Positions 19,023 to 33,100 of a stretch of 64,000 bases of DNA are shown here, piece after piece; positions within the stretch are counted from its first letter, which is position 1, and every line of letters starts with the position of its first letter. The stretch is from a virus. The notes below the pieces were generated by a model. That model was given only the letters and a program-made list of their open reading frames with translations, ran no database searches and was not told the DNA's origin. The stretch covers positions 28,689 to 92,688 of the IMG/VR virus record IMGVR_UViG_3300048839_001249, one strand, 5' to 3'. Both the position numbers and the translations under genes were made by a program.

Positions 19023-21148
19023 TGGGAAGGTATTTTAGATCATCGTCACCAAGATACATTGACTTTATGTATGATCTTCCTGAAAGTCAAATGTATAATC
19101 TTTTAATGTCAGTAGACAAAAATGTTGATCAAACATTGAATGATATTGAACAATTAAGATTTAATTATAAAGGAGATACTCAAAATGGATATAATGCTGA
19201 GTATCTTCCTGCTGATGAAGATGCAGCAAAGAAAAGAATAACTGAATTTGAAACAAGCATTGATGAAGTAGCTAAAAAAATACAAGCTAATCCACTAGAA
19301 TTCAGAAGATTAAACAGAGATATATCAAGATTGAGAACTGACATTAAATCTGATTTAGCATTTGGTGAACTAGGTACTTATTCAAAACAATTACAAGCAG
19401 TAAAAGAATGGAGAACAAGACAGAAAGATTCTAAGATTGATGCTAATGAAATAGCAAGAATGGAATCTGCAATGATGAGAGAATGGAATGAAAAAGGTGG
19501 AACAAACTATGATAGGGAAACTGGTAATCATATTCCTATTACTTCATTCTTAGAAGATATTGCTCCCGGAGATATTCGTAAATCAGCATTAACCTATGGT
19601 AAAGAGATAAAGAATAATACAGATAAAAATCATATTGCAAGTACAACATTAACTGCATTATTAACAGATGAAGATGTTGATAAGTATTTAAGACAGCAAT
19701 GGAAATATGGATTGTTATTAACATCAGTTACAGGAATAGATAAAAGTGGCAGTAAAGTAACAAGACAATTAACATTTGATGAAGCTAAGTTAATGGACTT
19801 GACAAGAGAAGCTGCTCTGGCTGCAGAAATTTATTATAAGAAACCTACAAGTAGTGGTAGAGGTGGTAGTGGAAGCAGCAAAGATAATGAGGGTTGGCCT
19901 CAAGCACCTTACTATGGTAACACAATTAATTTACCATCAGCAGCACAAAGCTTGATGAGTAGTGATTATAATCGAGATGGTAATGGTAATCTGATAGGTG
20001 ATGATTATGCTAGTTTTAAAGCTGCAAGAGATAAAAGAGAAAAGGAACTTAAAACTAAATATACTGATGATCAGCTTAAACTAATGGATGCAAGAGGTGA
20101 TCAATTATTTGATCTTACAGAAGAAAAAATAAATTCTCAAGTAATTGATGCTATATACAACGACATTGAATCATCATCAAGAAGAGCAGATGGTACTATT
20201 GATGAAAATCTTGCTAATAGTAAATTTAATGAACTGAAAAAAGGAAGAGATGTTAATATTGAAAGTACATGGTACAAGGAAGGTGTAAGTGAACAAGAAG
20301 CTAAAGATATGATTGCATCTGTATCTGATGCAGTTAATCAGTTTGATCAATGGAAAGAAGCATCTTTATTGTCAACAATTCCTAGCATGAATAATAGGAC
20401 ACTTGAAGACATGGTTAATAGAGGTGATCTTAAATACAAAGATAATAGTGCTACTCGTATCCAAAATATAAAAGATGCATTTCAGGGTAATATTACTAAA
20501 GATGCTAATGAAGCAGAGATAGTTAACATTGGACAAGATGGTACTGTATCATTTACAACATTAGATAATAGTCATGCGTTAATTGAAATAAAAAGAGATA
20601 ATGGTTATGTAAGATTATATAGAAATAAAAAAGAAGATACACAATCGGCATTGCAAATTACAGCAGACCCATCAAAAGGTTTTTCTAATTTGGAAATTGA
20701 AGCTGATAAAGTTGCACCTACAAATAATCCAAATCAATATGGTCAAATGATGTGGAGAGTACCAGTTAAATATAATGGTAAAAATGGTATTGAAACTGGT
20801 GCTGTTTTTATACCTTTTAATGATACTCCGGGATTTGGTATTTACAATGCTGCAGCCAGTGAGCTTTATGATCCAATGGCAATGAAGGTTAATTCATCAG
20901 TTAATTTATTATATACTAATAAAATACCAATAGGTACAGAAATTGAAATTGAAAGATCAAGTAACTTAGGTGTATGGTTTACTAAAATTGGAAAGAATCA
21001 ATCATTTACAGTAGATGGAAAAACACAACAAGCTAATGAAGACGGTGTTGTTATGTGGATTTCAGGTAATGGTACTGTAAAAGCTGTAACAGACAAGACA
21101 GAACAATTAGGATTAATGGAAACTTACTTCAAACAGAAAAATCAATGA
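19022..21148 (+). CDS. Putative virion cargo protein
   Basis: 708 aa, helical N-terminus; directly precedes the virion RNAP gene. Confidence 0.55.
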   Translation: MGRYFRSSSPRYIDFMYDLPESQMYNLLMSVDKNVDQTLNDIEQLRFNYKGDTQNGYNAEYLPADEDAAKKRITEFETSIDEVAKKIQANPLEFRRLNRDISRLRTDIKSDLAFGELGTYSKQLQAVKEWRTRQKDSKIDANEIARMESAMMREWNEKGGTNYDRETGNHIPITSFLEDIAPGDIRKSALTYGKEIKNNTDKNHIASTTLTALLTDEDVDKYLRQQWKYGLLLTSVTGIDKSGSKVTRQLTFDEAKLMDLTREAALAAEIYYKKPTSSGRGGSGSSKDNEGWPQAPYYGNTINLPSAAQSLMSSDYNRDGNGNLIGDDYASFKAARDKREKELKTKYTDDQLKLMDARGDQLFDLTEEKINSQVIDAIYNDIESSSRRADGTIDENLANSKFNELKKGRDVNIESTWYKEGVSEQEAKDMIASVSDAVNQFDQWKEASLLSTIPSMNNRTLEDMVNRGDLKYKDNSATRIQNIKDAFQGNITKDANEAEIVNIGQDGTVSFTTLDNSHALIEIKRDNGYVRLYRNKKEDTQSALQITADPSKGFSNLEIEADKVAPTNNPNQYGQMMWRVPVKYNGKNGIETGAVFIPFNDTPGFGIYNAAASELYDPMAMKVNSSVNLLYTNKIPIGTEIEIERSSNLGVWFTKIGKNQSFTVDGKTQQANEDGVVMWISGNGTVKAVTDKTEQLGLMETYFKQKNQ

Positions 21149-24100
21149 GACCAAACTTACATGATTTAATTAAAAATGCTCATGTAGCAAAGGAAGAAAA
21201 AAAGGAAGAGCCTAAACAGCCTTCCTTTATTGCCTCATCCAAAACATTAGATGCTGCAAGTGATACAGTATCAGATGAGTTAACAGAATATAGACAACTC
21301 AAAGATGATTTTTATAAGGCAATAAAAGAACAGCAAGCCATTAATACAGAAGAAAAAATAACTAGTGATATTTCTGCAGGGAAATATTTAGTAAAGGGAT
21401 GGTATAAAACAATGGTTAATGGTGGTCTGCTTTTACCACAAATGGTTTTAGGTAGTCCTGATGCATTTAAAGATTTTGCTCTTGGTGCATTATCAACAAC
21501 ACCAGAAGATATTGTAAATTATGCGTTTGAAGCATACAGATTTCTTCATGGTGTGGATGAAAAAGATGTACAGGAATTTGAAGCAAGAAAAAATACATTT
21601 GCTAGTTTAGCAAAAGCTACATCAGATAAGTTAAATCCTGTAAACATGATAGCTTCTTCACTTGATAGTCAAGGAAGTGAATCATTGTTTAGTTTGAAAG
21701 ATAGTGATCTTGATAAAGCAATTGAAAATATACCTGAGTTTCTTAAAAATGATTTTAGTATTAGCCCAATAGGTACAGTTGCTAATCTATTACTTCCAGA
21801 AGGACAAAGATGGGATAAAAATACAGTACAGCATCTTGCTGATATACAAGCAAATTTTAATGCAAGACAATATGAAGAAACTCCTATAGATTCAGTATTT
21901 GATAAATCTGTATGGGGAAATGAAAATCTTGGTATCATAGAAAAGTTAAGTCAGGGTATTGCATATAGTTCACTTGATCCTACAAAAAGAGAGTCATTGA
22001 TCTATCTATTAAATACAGCACCAGAAGGTGTAGCAAGTTTGGCTGCATCCATATCACAAATGGCACTTACTGGTAATGCATTAAAGCTTGCAGGAGTACC
22101 AGCAAATCTTATAAAAAAGATACAAGCAGTAAGTGGTTCAGTAGGTGAAGCAACTGTTATTGCAAAAGATGTTGAAAACAAAATTAAAGAACAAAAACTA
22201 GAAGAGCTTGTTGGTGAAGATTGGAAAAAGGCAAGTGAACAAGCATTTGAACAAGCATTTCAAGAAGCTAAAGCAAATGGTGAAAATGATAGATTTGCAG
22301 AAGAAGCTGGTAATCAAGCTAAAAGAGAATTAATTAATCAATTTCTTGCATCAGAAGATAATGCTGATATTCGTAGAAAAGTAGAAGATGCTGCATTTAG
22401 AGGAAGGAATATTACAGTAGGTATTAACTTACTTACTACTGGTACAAATTATATTCAGGTATCTACTACATTAAAAAATCTTGAAAGACTTGGTACTAAA
22501 GTAGGTATTAATGCAGCACAGGAAACAATAGAAGGTGGTACAAGAAATATCTTAGCAAAGCCTTTTGTAATTGGCACAAGTAATTTATATAATGCAAAAG
22601 CTACACTCAAAAATCTTGGTATAGGATTAGAAAACTTTGGAACAGAAGCAATTGAAGAAGGTCTTATTAATCCCATGGCTGAAAGGTTTGGTATAGAATT
22701 AGGCATGGATCGTGAATATAGAATGGGTGACTTTTGGAAAGAAGTAAAGGCAGGTGAATATCTTGATGATGCTTTTTGGGGTGGTATATTTGGACATGGT
22801 GCTTATCATGGTGGTGCTGCAGCTAATTCAATAAAAGGTGCATTTTCTTATAAAAGCAGAAAAAAAGCTTATGAAGCACAACAAGAAATTCTTAAACAGT
22901 GGGATAAGATAAGTAAAGCAGCAGGTACAGATTTACTTAGTGAACTTGTTAATCTTAATGATAATATACATACCATCGCTAAACTTGATAGAGCAGCAAA
23001 GAAAGCAGAACAAGAAGGAAACATTGAATTAGCAAAATCAATTGAAGAAAGAAAGATAACTGTACAAGCAGGTAAAGCATTTAAATCTGGTACTACTGAA
23101 AAATTACTTGAGGCATATCAGACAATTGCTGATAATACTGAGAATACACAAATCAGAGATCATGCTTTAAATGCTATTCAGAAAGTTAAGAAACTGGAAA
23201 AGTTATACACCAATGCTGCAAAGAAAGAATACTTGAATGTAGAAGAAGTATTCATGAATACTGCACAGAATGATCAGTTAAATAATAATCTTAATGAAAT
23301 GAATCTTATGTTGCGGCAGGCAAAAGCATCTGCTGAACAAGTACTTACAAGTATTCAAAAAGATTATAATGCTATATTTGCTATAACAGAGAATGGTATT
23401 GTATTCGATGGGGAACAGAAACAAGAATTTAAAGATGCTGTATTAAATGATGCAGCTATTTCTCAATTTCAAAAGATATTCATAGCAAAAGAAATACTTT
23501 CTGCAGCTATTACTAAAAACCTACAATCATTTGCTAAGATAACATCTAAAGGTTATCAACAAGAAATTCAAAGAATAAATGAAGTTGCAAGTTCTATCAG
23601 AAGAAATAAAAATCTTTTTACACTAGAAGATAAAAAAGATTTTATGAGAGAAGTTGAATTAGTCATGGCTCAGAAAAATCTGAAAGAAGTTAATAAAGAA
23701 CAGATAAGAAAAGTGTTTGCTAAAGAATATGATGTATTCAATGTACAAAAACAATTAGTAGAATCTCTTGCAGCCAGATCAAAAAACAAAGATGCAACAC
23801 CACCCAAGAAAGGTATTGCTAGTGTTTTTTCAAAGTTTAGAAATAGAATAGAAGCTAAACGCAAAAAGAAAAGTCATCTTTCAGTAGCTAAGAAAGAAAA
23901 GGTAGATATGTTACCTGCTGAACTTGATGAAGAAATGGATGATGCTACCAAACAAGTAATCAAAGAACAGATGGCAGAATTAATTTCAAATGAAGGAGAT
24001 AATCCAACATTTGAACAATTAATTAATACAGCCATACAATCATTGGAAGGTGAAACAGCAGAAGATACTAAAAAAACAATAGAAGAAGATTTTAATGTTT

Positions 24101-27100
24101 ATGTATTAGGATGGAGATTAAATAATAAAGAATTAACAGATGAAGAAGCTGTAAGAGTATATAACAAGTTTTTTACAAAGAGAACAAGATTATCTACTTC
24201 AATAACTAAAAAAGCTAAGAAGACACAACAAGAGAAGACAGAACCACCAATAGAACTAGAAAAAGTTATAGGACAAGAAATTGCTAATGAAGTTGTTACA
24301 GAACAAGAAATCAAAAAACCTGTTAATCCTGTTGCAGTACAAAGACTAGGTATTCCTACTGTTGCATGGATTACAGTTGATGATATTATTGAAGGAAAAG
24401 ATAGTAACGATATTATTAGTCATAGATTAGCTGATCCAACAAGAAATAATCCCGGTGATCCTGTAACTGTTGTTGCTTATAATGAACAAGAAGAAAAAGG
24501 TAATTACAAAGGGAAAATAACATTTCCTAATGGTAAGAAAGGAAATATATTTACATTTTGGGAAAACAAACTTTCACCAAGGACATCACATAGTGTAACT
24601 GGAACTGAAGATTCAAGTTCTACTACTACTGTTAAAGAAAGAGGTAATAAAATAACTTTTGAAGAAAAGCATAAAGTAAGCAATAATAAAAAAGTCATAA
24701 AGCTTTACAAGACTTATGATAATAAAAAAGACAAAATTACTGAACATTTTTTGGTAAAAGATGATCAGGATGTTGCTACACTCAATGCTGATAATATTCA
24801 AGAAGTACGTTTATATAGTATTAATTTATCTGATACAGGAGAAGCAGTTCTTAAATTAAAAATTATTCATAATGATGATACTACTGAAACTAAAGATATA
24901 GTTACATACAATGATAAAAATAATTATCAACCATTATTAATAAAAGACAGTGAAGGAAATAATCTTGCATGGGTAGCTTCACCTAAATATACAGCAATGG
25001 ATAGAGCTACAATGTTAAGAACTGCTGAGTTTCGTAGAAAAGTCATAAATGCAGGTGGAACTTTTCAAACTACAATTGCTAAGAAGATACCACAAAGTCA
25101 GGGTGGTGTAGTACATAGTCATACAATAAACAATACACCATTATCAGAAGTATGTCCTACTGCAATACCTACTGTATATAAAGATGGTGCATTTAGAATT
25201 GGTGAAGAAAGTTTTGAAAACGAAGAAAGAGTTATTACTAACCTTGATCGTATAAATCCTAGTAGTGGATATACTTATGATATGAGGTTAATAGGTTATA
25301 ATGAAAAAGGACAACAAGAATATATTGCTTGTGCTAACAAAATGATGCCAGAGTTAGCACCAGAAGCATTTTCTACAGTAATGTGGGTATTGAAAACTTA
25401 TCTATCAAAACATGATAAAAATCAATCATTAAGCTCAGAAATTACCAAAGAACAATCACAGAAAATAATAGATTTCTTTAAAAAGAATTTTAAGATTGAT
25501 GTTACATCACAGAATGGACTTGAACAAATACTTTCAATGTTTATTAATCTTGGAAGTGCTGCTACAAGAGAAAAAACACAACTGAGTGATGGTAATATTT
25601 CACCCAAAAGATTTGAAGAATATCTTAATTCTCAACCAAAAGGTAAGCCTGTATTACTTATGAGTAATACTAATTTGTTTTTTGGTGTTGCAGGTCAAAA
25701 AATAAATGGAGAAAATTATGTTATTCTTTCTACAGGTACAGCAGAAAAGGGATTAGACAGGGTTAGTGTAAATAGAATAAAAGCTGCAATGCAAGCATTA
25801 GTAGCTACAGGATCAAAATTACCTTTAAGTAATAATATAAAAATGGCAGGTAATGAAATGCCTATGCCAATAATTGATAATAATGGTAATCCTTCAACAA
25901 AAGGTAAATATTCTGATTGGTTAAAAACAAGACTTCTTACTACTACAAGAGCCACAAAACTTAAATGGAAAGATAAAGATGGTAATGATATTTATACATC
26001 AAGACATACTGCTGTTATTGAACTTAACGAGGAACAAGCAATACCAGTAAAACCAACAGAAAGAATTGAACCTAAACCTGATGATGAGTCTTTAATAGAA
26101 GAGAAAACACAAGATGAGATTACATTAATTAAGAAGCTACAGGTTGCATTTACAGAACTTGGCATAACTGATTTAAATTCGTTGCTTGATACAGTTGATT
26201 ATCTACCAGAAAGTCAAGAAGATGCATTTTTAAGAACTGTAAATCCTATTCCAGGAGTAAACTTACAGCAATTACATGAAATGGTTAATAACCTTTTCAA
26301 TAGAGTTGTATCAGAACATAACAATGAGAGATTTACAGATGAGCAGATCAGGTCATACACTAAAGGAAAAGAATTATTTGAAAAACATATACTTCCAACA
26401 AGGGAAAAATATATAAAGCTTATACAGGAAGTTACTCAATTATATGAAACTGATCCTGTTAAATATTCTAATTTTTCGTTTATATTAATGTCTATTCAAA
26501 ATAGACTTAATATATATGATGTTATTGAAGAACATTTTTCAGAAGTAGAAACAAGAGTTGCTGAAAGACTTCGTAAATATTCAGGTATCAAAATAGAAGG
26601 AGAAGATCAAACTGGTGATGAACAAGACAAAGTTTATTCTAAATCATCAGAAGAAAATCTATTAAAAGATAGTATTACATCAGAACTCAGAAGATTTTTT
26701 GCTGGTATAACAGATGTTAATGAAAAAGGTACTGTATATGGGTTTTTAGGTTTAGAAAATCATGTTAATTTTAATAAAGCTTTTGATACAGTAGCATCAA
26801 TACTTGGTACTGCTCCAACATCAAGTATGAATTTTACTGATGCAATTAATATCCTTTCAGAATATACTGACGCATATCCATGGATGGAAGGATTTATTAA
26901 TAAGATTAAAGATGCAGATGAACAAATGAAGAATATGTTCATCTACAATTGTGTTAACCAAAATCTCAATATGAAATTCTTAATGTATTATTGGGAAAAA
27001 GGTCAACTTCAAACAAGAGTATATGATACCAATTCCAGTGAGATCAGCAATATTATTAGAGATGGATGGGTATCTGGATTTATGAAATCTGATCTTGTCA

Positions 27101-30100
27101 AATATGAAAAATCAATTGATGAAAATGTAATTAATAAAGCAAAAGCTCAAGAACTAGTAGACAAGTTTAATACATGGAAAGACAAACATCCATCAAATGA
27201 TGAACTCATTCTTTGGCTTTCAGAAGTAGGTATTACACTTTCAGATCAAACAATCAATCAAATTAGAGAATATGGTTTAGATTTAAATGGTAGAGTACTA
27301 TCATTTAATGATATGTTTGGTGATAGTGAAAAAAGTGCTGGACTATTTGGTGGTATAGCTTATAAATTAAAATTACAAGCTAAACAAGAACGAACAATTA
27401 TAGATGAAAAAGGAAATGAAATTCCTTTCTCTAATATTAAAAACACTATAAAGGAAATTGCAAAAATAGAAGCTAAGTTTTCTAACAGAACTGTTACAAT
27501 TTCTTTCAGGGATGGTGATAAATCTATATCTGGTTTAATACCAATGAGGTTTGCATCAGATAAGATACAAGCATTAAAATGGAATATAGAAGAAAGGAAC
27601 AAAATGTTGAATGATCCTTTCTCCAGACATTCAATGTTACTTAATCTTATTAATAGAAGTAATGATGTAAGAGATGCAGTATATGTTAATCAGCTTGGAG
27701 TAACAGCAATGAAGACAAGAGGACAGTCTTCTGATAGTATATCCATTACTGATTTATCAGCAGAAGATCAGGAGTTTGTACAACTTGGATTCTTTTGGGA
27801 TAGAAGACAGGGAAAAGTACCAGTAAGTTACTGGACATCAGGAAGAAAAAATACATCTATTCCATTAAGAATGGCTAATATGTTTTTTCCTGTCATGAGT
27901 GATAAGTCACAAATGTTATCAATGTATATGCCTGTACTTGATCTCAATAGTGCACATTTTAAAACAACTGAAAATGGTAAAATAATTATTCATGATGATG
28001 TTCTTGCAATATTATTTGAACAATTAGTAAGACCTGAATTAGGAAGAATAATAGAAAATGCTAAAAAATTAAAATCAGGAAGTGAATCTAATTGTGCAGG
28101 TTATGATTTAGGTGCTCAAATATTTCAAATGATTCCAGAACTTAATAATGTAACTGTTACAGTAGAAGGAAGGGAAGTATCATTAGTAAAACTATTAAAT
28201 GAAAATCCAGAAGCATATCCTGAATCATGGGTATTAAATGATCCACAAGCAAAAGAAAGAATTAACAATGTATTACTTGATCTTATTGATAAGGAAGTTA
28301 ATAGTAAGTTAGAAGATTGGAAGAGAATAGGAATAACAAAAGAAAATAAACTGGATGGTAGTCAAGAAGTAGCAAAAATAAGTGGTGAATATTTATCAGA
28401 AACAGGATTTACTGATCTTAAACATATTGCTGCTGACTTTGTGATTAATAATCTAATATCCATGTCAAATATATTTCAGCTTGTTGCTGGTGATTTGGCT
28501 TTTTATTCTCAGGATAAACTATACAATGATTTTGGATATAATAAAGATTTAACAAGAGGCATTGTCGGATTTGAAAATATTAATTCTTATGCTGATCTTC
28601 AAGAAGCATTAAAGTCAGAAAGAGAAAGTCTTACTGATGAACAATACAATTATATAAAAAGTAATGCAAAGCCATTGGCTTATGAACCAACATCAAAAAA
28701 TGCCTATGTCAAGCTCTCAGAAAGCCTTGGAACTAACTTGGGTAAAAGGTTGGCATTGTTATTGACTCCGGGAAAAAGGATTGCCACATCAAAAAATAAT
28801 GCCTATATTCAGGTATTCCTGAATGATGTTGCTGTACCTGCAAGTAATTTCTCATTCCTAATTAAAACCTTTTATGGAAAAGATGCATTGACTGATGAAG
28901 TTAAAGAACTGATTTCTAATAATGATACAAAAGCAATTGTAAGTTTATTTCCAAAATTAAAAGCTTTTGAAAAAATTGACTCAACAGATGCACAAGAATA
29001 TACAACATTACTAGAGCATATTGATGTATTATATGGAAAAGGAAGATTAAGTACTGAGTTATATAACAGAGTAAAAGAAAAAGCATTAAGTCAAATGAAA
29101 GATGGACTTAATGATAACAACAGGATTGATGATGAAGATTTTAGGCTTATTCTTCAACCAATGAAACCTGTTGCTACTGGAAGCATAATGGATGAGAAAA
29201 ATAAAAATCAGAGAATGATCTATATTAAATCATCATCTTTTCCATTATGTGCTCAAATTACAGAAAATACTAACCTTGACAATCTTAGGAAAGTCATGGA
29301 AGAAACTCAGTTGCGTGAAGGAAAATCTGTAAGAGCATGTTACAAAACAGGTGTTAAAGTTGGTGCTACTGTTAGTGGTGTTGATATTTACAAACCTGAT
29401 CTTTCTGTTGACGATTTAATAGGTAGTTCAATTATCATACCTAGAGATAATTTTAAAGTTCAGCAAGATGTACCTGTACATTTTCTTTATGAAAATGAAG
29501 ACAAAATATTAATGGGTACTCAGTTAATGAAATTATTATTTGGTGATGGAGTAACAGAACTTGATATTGAATTTAATGGTAATCCAGTTAAAGGTAGAGA
29601 ACTATTAAATGTATATAATAACACATTTAAACAAATCATAGATACAATAAAGAATGATCTCTTTAAAGAACTTGGATTAAATAAGAATGGTATTCCTGTC
29701 AATCAGGAAGAGTTTATGAGAGCCATTTCTAAAATCTTAAAACGTGAGGCCAAAGAAAGAGGATATTCACAACAAAGTATTGATTCTCTTAGCATCAAAG
29801 CTCAGGTTGATGATTTTGGGATGATAACAGATTTTACTTTTGTGTCTCCATTATGGTCTTCTTCTGATAGTATGAGATTTGAATCATTACTTAATTCTAT
29901 AATTACTAAACGATTAATCAAACTTAAATTACCCGGATATAGTTATGTAGCTGGTAGTCAAACAGGATTTGAGAAAAAATCAGAAGAAGATATTACAAAT
30001 AAATCTGATATTATCTATACTAAATTCTATGATGGTAAAGGATTAAAACCAAAAGATGAAAATGGTAATGCACAAGTATTTTTACCATCAAGATTTAGAG

Positions 30101-33100
30101 ATACTACTGGTAAATTAATTGATCTTTTTGCACAGAATGAAGATGGATATATTTACATAGAAAAAGATGAAAATGGAAACTGGAAATTAAAAGATGGAAA
30201 GATTGCTGATGAACTTTTGAGTATTCCTACATTTCGTATTCCTACATCATCATTAGTATCATCATCTTTTGTTACAATAGCAGGATTTCTTCCTGTTACA
30301 TCAGGTGACTTGATGATTGTACCAAAAGAGCTTATTACTCAGAAAGGACTTGACTTTGATATTGATAAAGAATATGGTTATCATTTATGGCATTATACTG
30401 ATGAACAAGGAAATATAGCACCTATTGAACAGTTAACCACATTAGAAAATCTTGATGATTTTATCAGTAGTGGTCAAGAATGGTTAGGACAAGTAAAAAG
30501 AGCAGTGTCTAAAGATCAGTACATGCTAAAGAAAATTCAAGAAATGGAAGAAGAAAATTCTGTTCTTGATGAGTTAGATGAAGAAGAAATGTATGATGTA
30601 GAAGATATTATGGAAGAGTTTGATAACTTTCTCCATAAAAAATCAAATTACAGCATGCAAGACATAGAAAAAGGTATTAAAGATTTAAAGTACGCAAAGT
30701 CATTAAAAAGAAAGCTTCTCGAAAATCAAATAATCAGAATACATAATGCTGTAATATCAAGTAAAAATCCTGAAATAGAAAGAAAAGTTAATTCAGTTCT
30801 ATCAATGGAATTTGCTAAACAACAAGCAAGTATGCTTGAACAAGAAGATAAAGGATTTACAACTATACTTAGTGATAGATACCAAAGAAAAAAAATGAAT
30901 TTGGGAAGTGCTGGTAAAATGGGTATTGGTGTATATTCTAATGCAGTAACATTAAATTCACTTATTCAACAATCAGATTCACCTATTTCATTAATTGTAA
31001 ATACTGATGAAGGTAAATTACCATTAAGATTAAAAATAGGTAATCATGAATTTAATGGTAATCTTGGAAGATATATATCTATCATTCAGTCAGGTCAGTT
31101 AAATGAAATATTTAAATTAATAACTGATGAAAAGTTAAGACAAAGAATTAGAGATGGTAAAATATCATTAACTGAATTATCAAAAGTTATAGATAATGCT
31201 GGTGGAAATTCTACAATATTATTAAACGGTATAAGAACCATTACAGAAGTTTTTGCTGAACGTCAAAATACTGCTACTGATAATGAAAAAGAACAGATCA
31301 TGGGTCGTTGTCATGTTAATGATATGACAATTAATGTTGACTGTTTATTATCATTAATGGGATTTGATAAAGGAAATGATATTATTGACATAGATGGAAA
31401 TCAATTACCAGCATCAATATCTTATTTGATTTTATCACAACCTGTCATAAAAGAATATGTACAGGAAATGAAGAAAGCAAAATCAAGAACTGGTGCATAT
31501 GCTAGTGAGGAAGAAATTATAAATAAAATTTTTGAAAAATATCAGGTTAGTGATAAACAGGTTACTGTAACCAGTTTAGATACACAAACATTATATGATA
31601 ATATTTTCAAACAAACCGCCAGTGATGTTCAGGTTGCAGTATTTAACTTGTTTCTTAATCTTAATGCTACATCAAAAAAAATGGGTAATATCCAAAAGAT
31701 ACTTGGAATTACTGGTGGAGGCCCAAATGCAGGATTAGGTAAAAGCATATTTGATACTAATTCAAAATTTAAAAGAATCATTCAATTAGTATCAAATCAG
31801 AATGATAATGAAATACATATAGCTAATGTTAAAAAACTCATAGGTGATTTTATCCATATAAAAGATTTAGAAACATTTGGAGATGAAAAGTCTGATAATC
31901 CTATTGCAATAGCTAGAGCAGAAGGTTACATTGATTTTGGTGAATATATGATAAAACCAACAACAGCAATTGGTCACATGATTGTTAATAGTGTGCAAAT
32001 TGGATATGATACATGGAATCAATTCTTTCCTTTTGAACATCCAGTAATTAACAAAATCATGGATGAGATAATGAGATTGCAAAAAAGTGATACTACAAAA
32101 TGGGGAGATGCTAAAATTATCGAACTTAAAAGAAAGATTATTAAAGAAATACAGAAAATGCTATTCTCAAATCCTGATTATGGTGTTATATCAGGTAATT
32201 CAACAACAGAAAGGAGAAGGCTTTTTAAAGATACTGAGGATAAACCATCATTAGCAAGTTATTTACAGAAACTTGTTGATGATAAAAATCCTGAAATCAT
32301 AGCAAATGAACTTATTAAGAAAATGAAGTTTGACATTAAACCTAATAAGATAGCAGATGTATCAAGAATTATATTTGATAATACAGTAGAGAATGATTTT
32401 GATGAAGAGTATTTACATAATTCATTTTATGATTTACTTTATAATGAAAGACCACTTCCTGATAATATATCATTTGATCCCGGAATAAAACATGCTGAAA
32501 ATCCAATGACATTTGGAAAGAACAGTTCAGAATTAATTGTTGCAGGAAAAAAGAAGTTAGATATAAGAGAATCTCATAATGAAGAATTTGTACAAGGTGA
32601 ACCATTAATTCAGATTATTAATGGTCAAAGATATAAGATCACATATCTTGGAAATATTAATCAGAATGATCTGAATATACATTCAGGTAAATCTGTAAGT
32701 ATTAACAATGAACTTGGTAAATCACAATTAAATCCTATAGAAGCAAAATTTGCACAAGGAGAATCAAAACATGTATATAAGATTGAAGCTGTATATACTA
32801 CAACTCAATTAGCTAAAGACCTCATTGCATATTCTTATCTCAGTGGTGGTATTCAAGGAGCTATTGAATTTATAAAGTACATACCATTAAGTTATCTTGA
32901 AACATCAGGTTTATTATCCGCAATGAGAGAATTTGATATTAATGATGATAATACATTTGCTAATGAATTAGGAACAACAATTGATGGTATTTTGAGTAAA
33001 ATGACTGTTCAATATTATCAGCATAATCCAGAAGAACTTCCTACAATGTCATTGAAAGATGCTGGACTTAGTGCTGTACCAGTTGATGAAATATTCAGTT

